Origin: an uncultured bacterium | Lineage (GTDB): Bacteria; Oederibacteriota; JAAXVQ01; JAUVAV01 | Direction of reading: 5' to 3' | Length of the DNA stretch: 64,000 nt | Assembly (NCBI GenBank): GCA_963710755.1 | Contig: CAVQBK010000001.1 | Coordinates: forward strand, 64,001 to 128,000 | Shown here: one piece after another, positions 62,392 to 64,000 of the stretch | How the letters are laid out: each line of letters starts with the position of its first letter | Numbering within the stretch: the stretch's first letter is position 1 | Notes under the pieces: model-generated | What the model saw: only the letters and a program-made list of their open reading frames with translations | Database searches by the model: none | Told to the model about the DNA's origin: nothing | Translations under genes and position numbers: made by a program

Positions 62392-62467
62392 GGGGATGTA
62401 GCTCAGCTGGGAGAGCACCTGCCTTGCACGCAGGGGGTCAGCGGTTCGATCCCGCTCATCTCCACCA
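62392..62467 (+). tRNA. tRNA-Ala(TGC)
   Basis: GGGGATG/CATCTCC acceptor with G3:U70, CCTGC-CTTGCAC-GCAGG, CCA. Confidence 0.97.
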
Positions 62468-62739
62468 GTCTTCGTTTCTTGCGTTTGAGCGAAGGCTGAG
62501 CGTTTAAACAAATTTCAAAGGAAATAATTGTTTGGACGTAGGTTTTAAGCGTTAAATTGATTATGAATATTTAATCTCTTCGGAGATTTTAAATAGAAGT
62601 GTTAAAGTTTCAATATAGAAACCTAATACACTAAACTAGTGCTAATCGTTCTTTGACAAAATGAATACTGCAATTTCACGAGTAAGTGAAATTAAACCAT
62701 GTAATAACGTAAGTTTTTAGCTTGATTGCCATATAATAT

Positions 62740-64000
<1,261 letters not shown>

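Overview
Bacterial chromosomal window from a diderm organism (lptF/lptG, outer-membrane barrels). The 16S start and overall gene style do not look Bacteroidota-like; a candidate phylum such as FCPU426 is my guess, not a verified assignment. In order: greA; lptG-lptF-ArnT-like glycosyltransferase (minus strand); a 2138-aa FN3-fused SprA-like (type IX secretion translocon-like) protein; a tandem array of six mosaic TonB-dependent receptor paralogs; comF; a sigma54 activator; a receiver / GNAT-like enzyme / methyltransferase / 7TM histidine kinase cassette whose AT-rich part ends inside the kinase gene; a ~5-kb island bounded by a 46-bp direct repeat of the kinase 3' end (T9SS-CTD-like protein, tail-collar fibre, methyltransferase, DUF2079-like GT-C); coaD; an Opp/Dpp ABC transporter; two degenerate REC-GGDEF genes around tRNA-Leu; a degenerate GH35-like protein; ROK kinase; dtd; an Mre11/Rad50-like pair; OmpA/MotB; rsfS; a SAM hydrolase; a GAF-HD-GYP protein; and an rRNA operon (16S, tRNA-Ile, tRNA-Ala, partial 23S). 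The best candidates for undescribed systems are the putative quorum-sensing-like cassette (GNAT + methyltransferase + 7TM sensor), the receptor array, and the T9SS-like translocon with its candidate fibre cargo. All calls come from motif recognition by eye; no searches were run.
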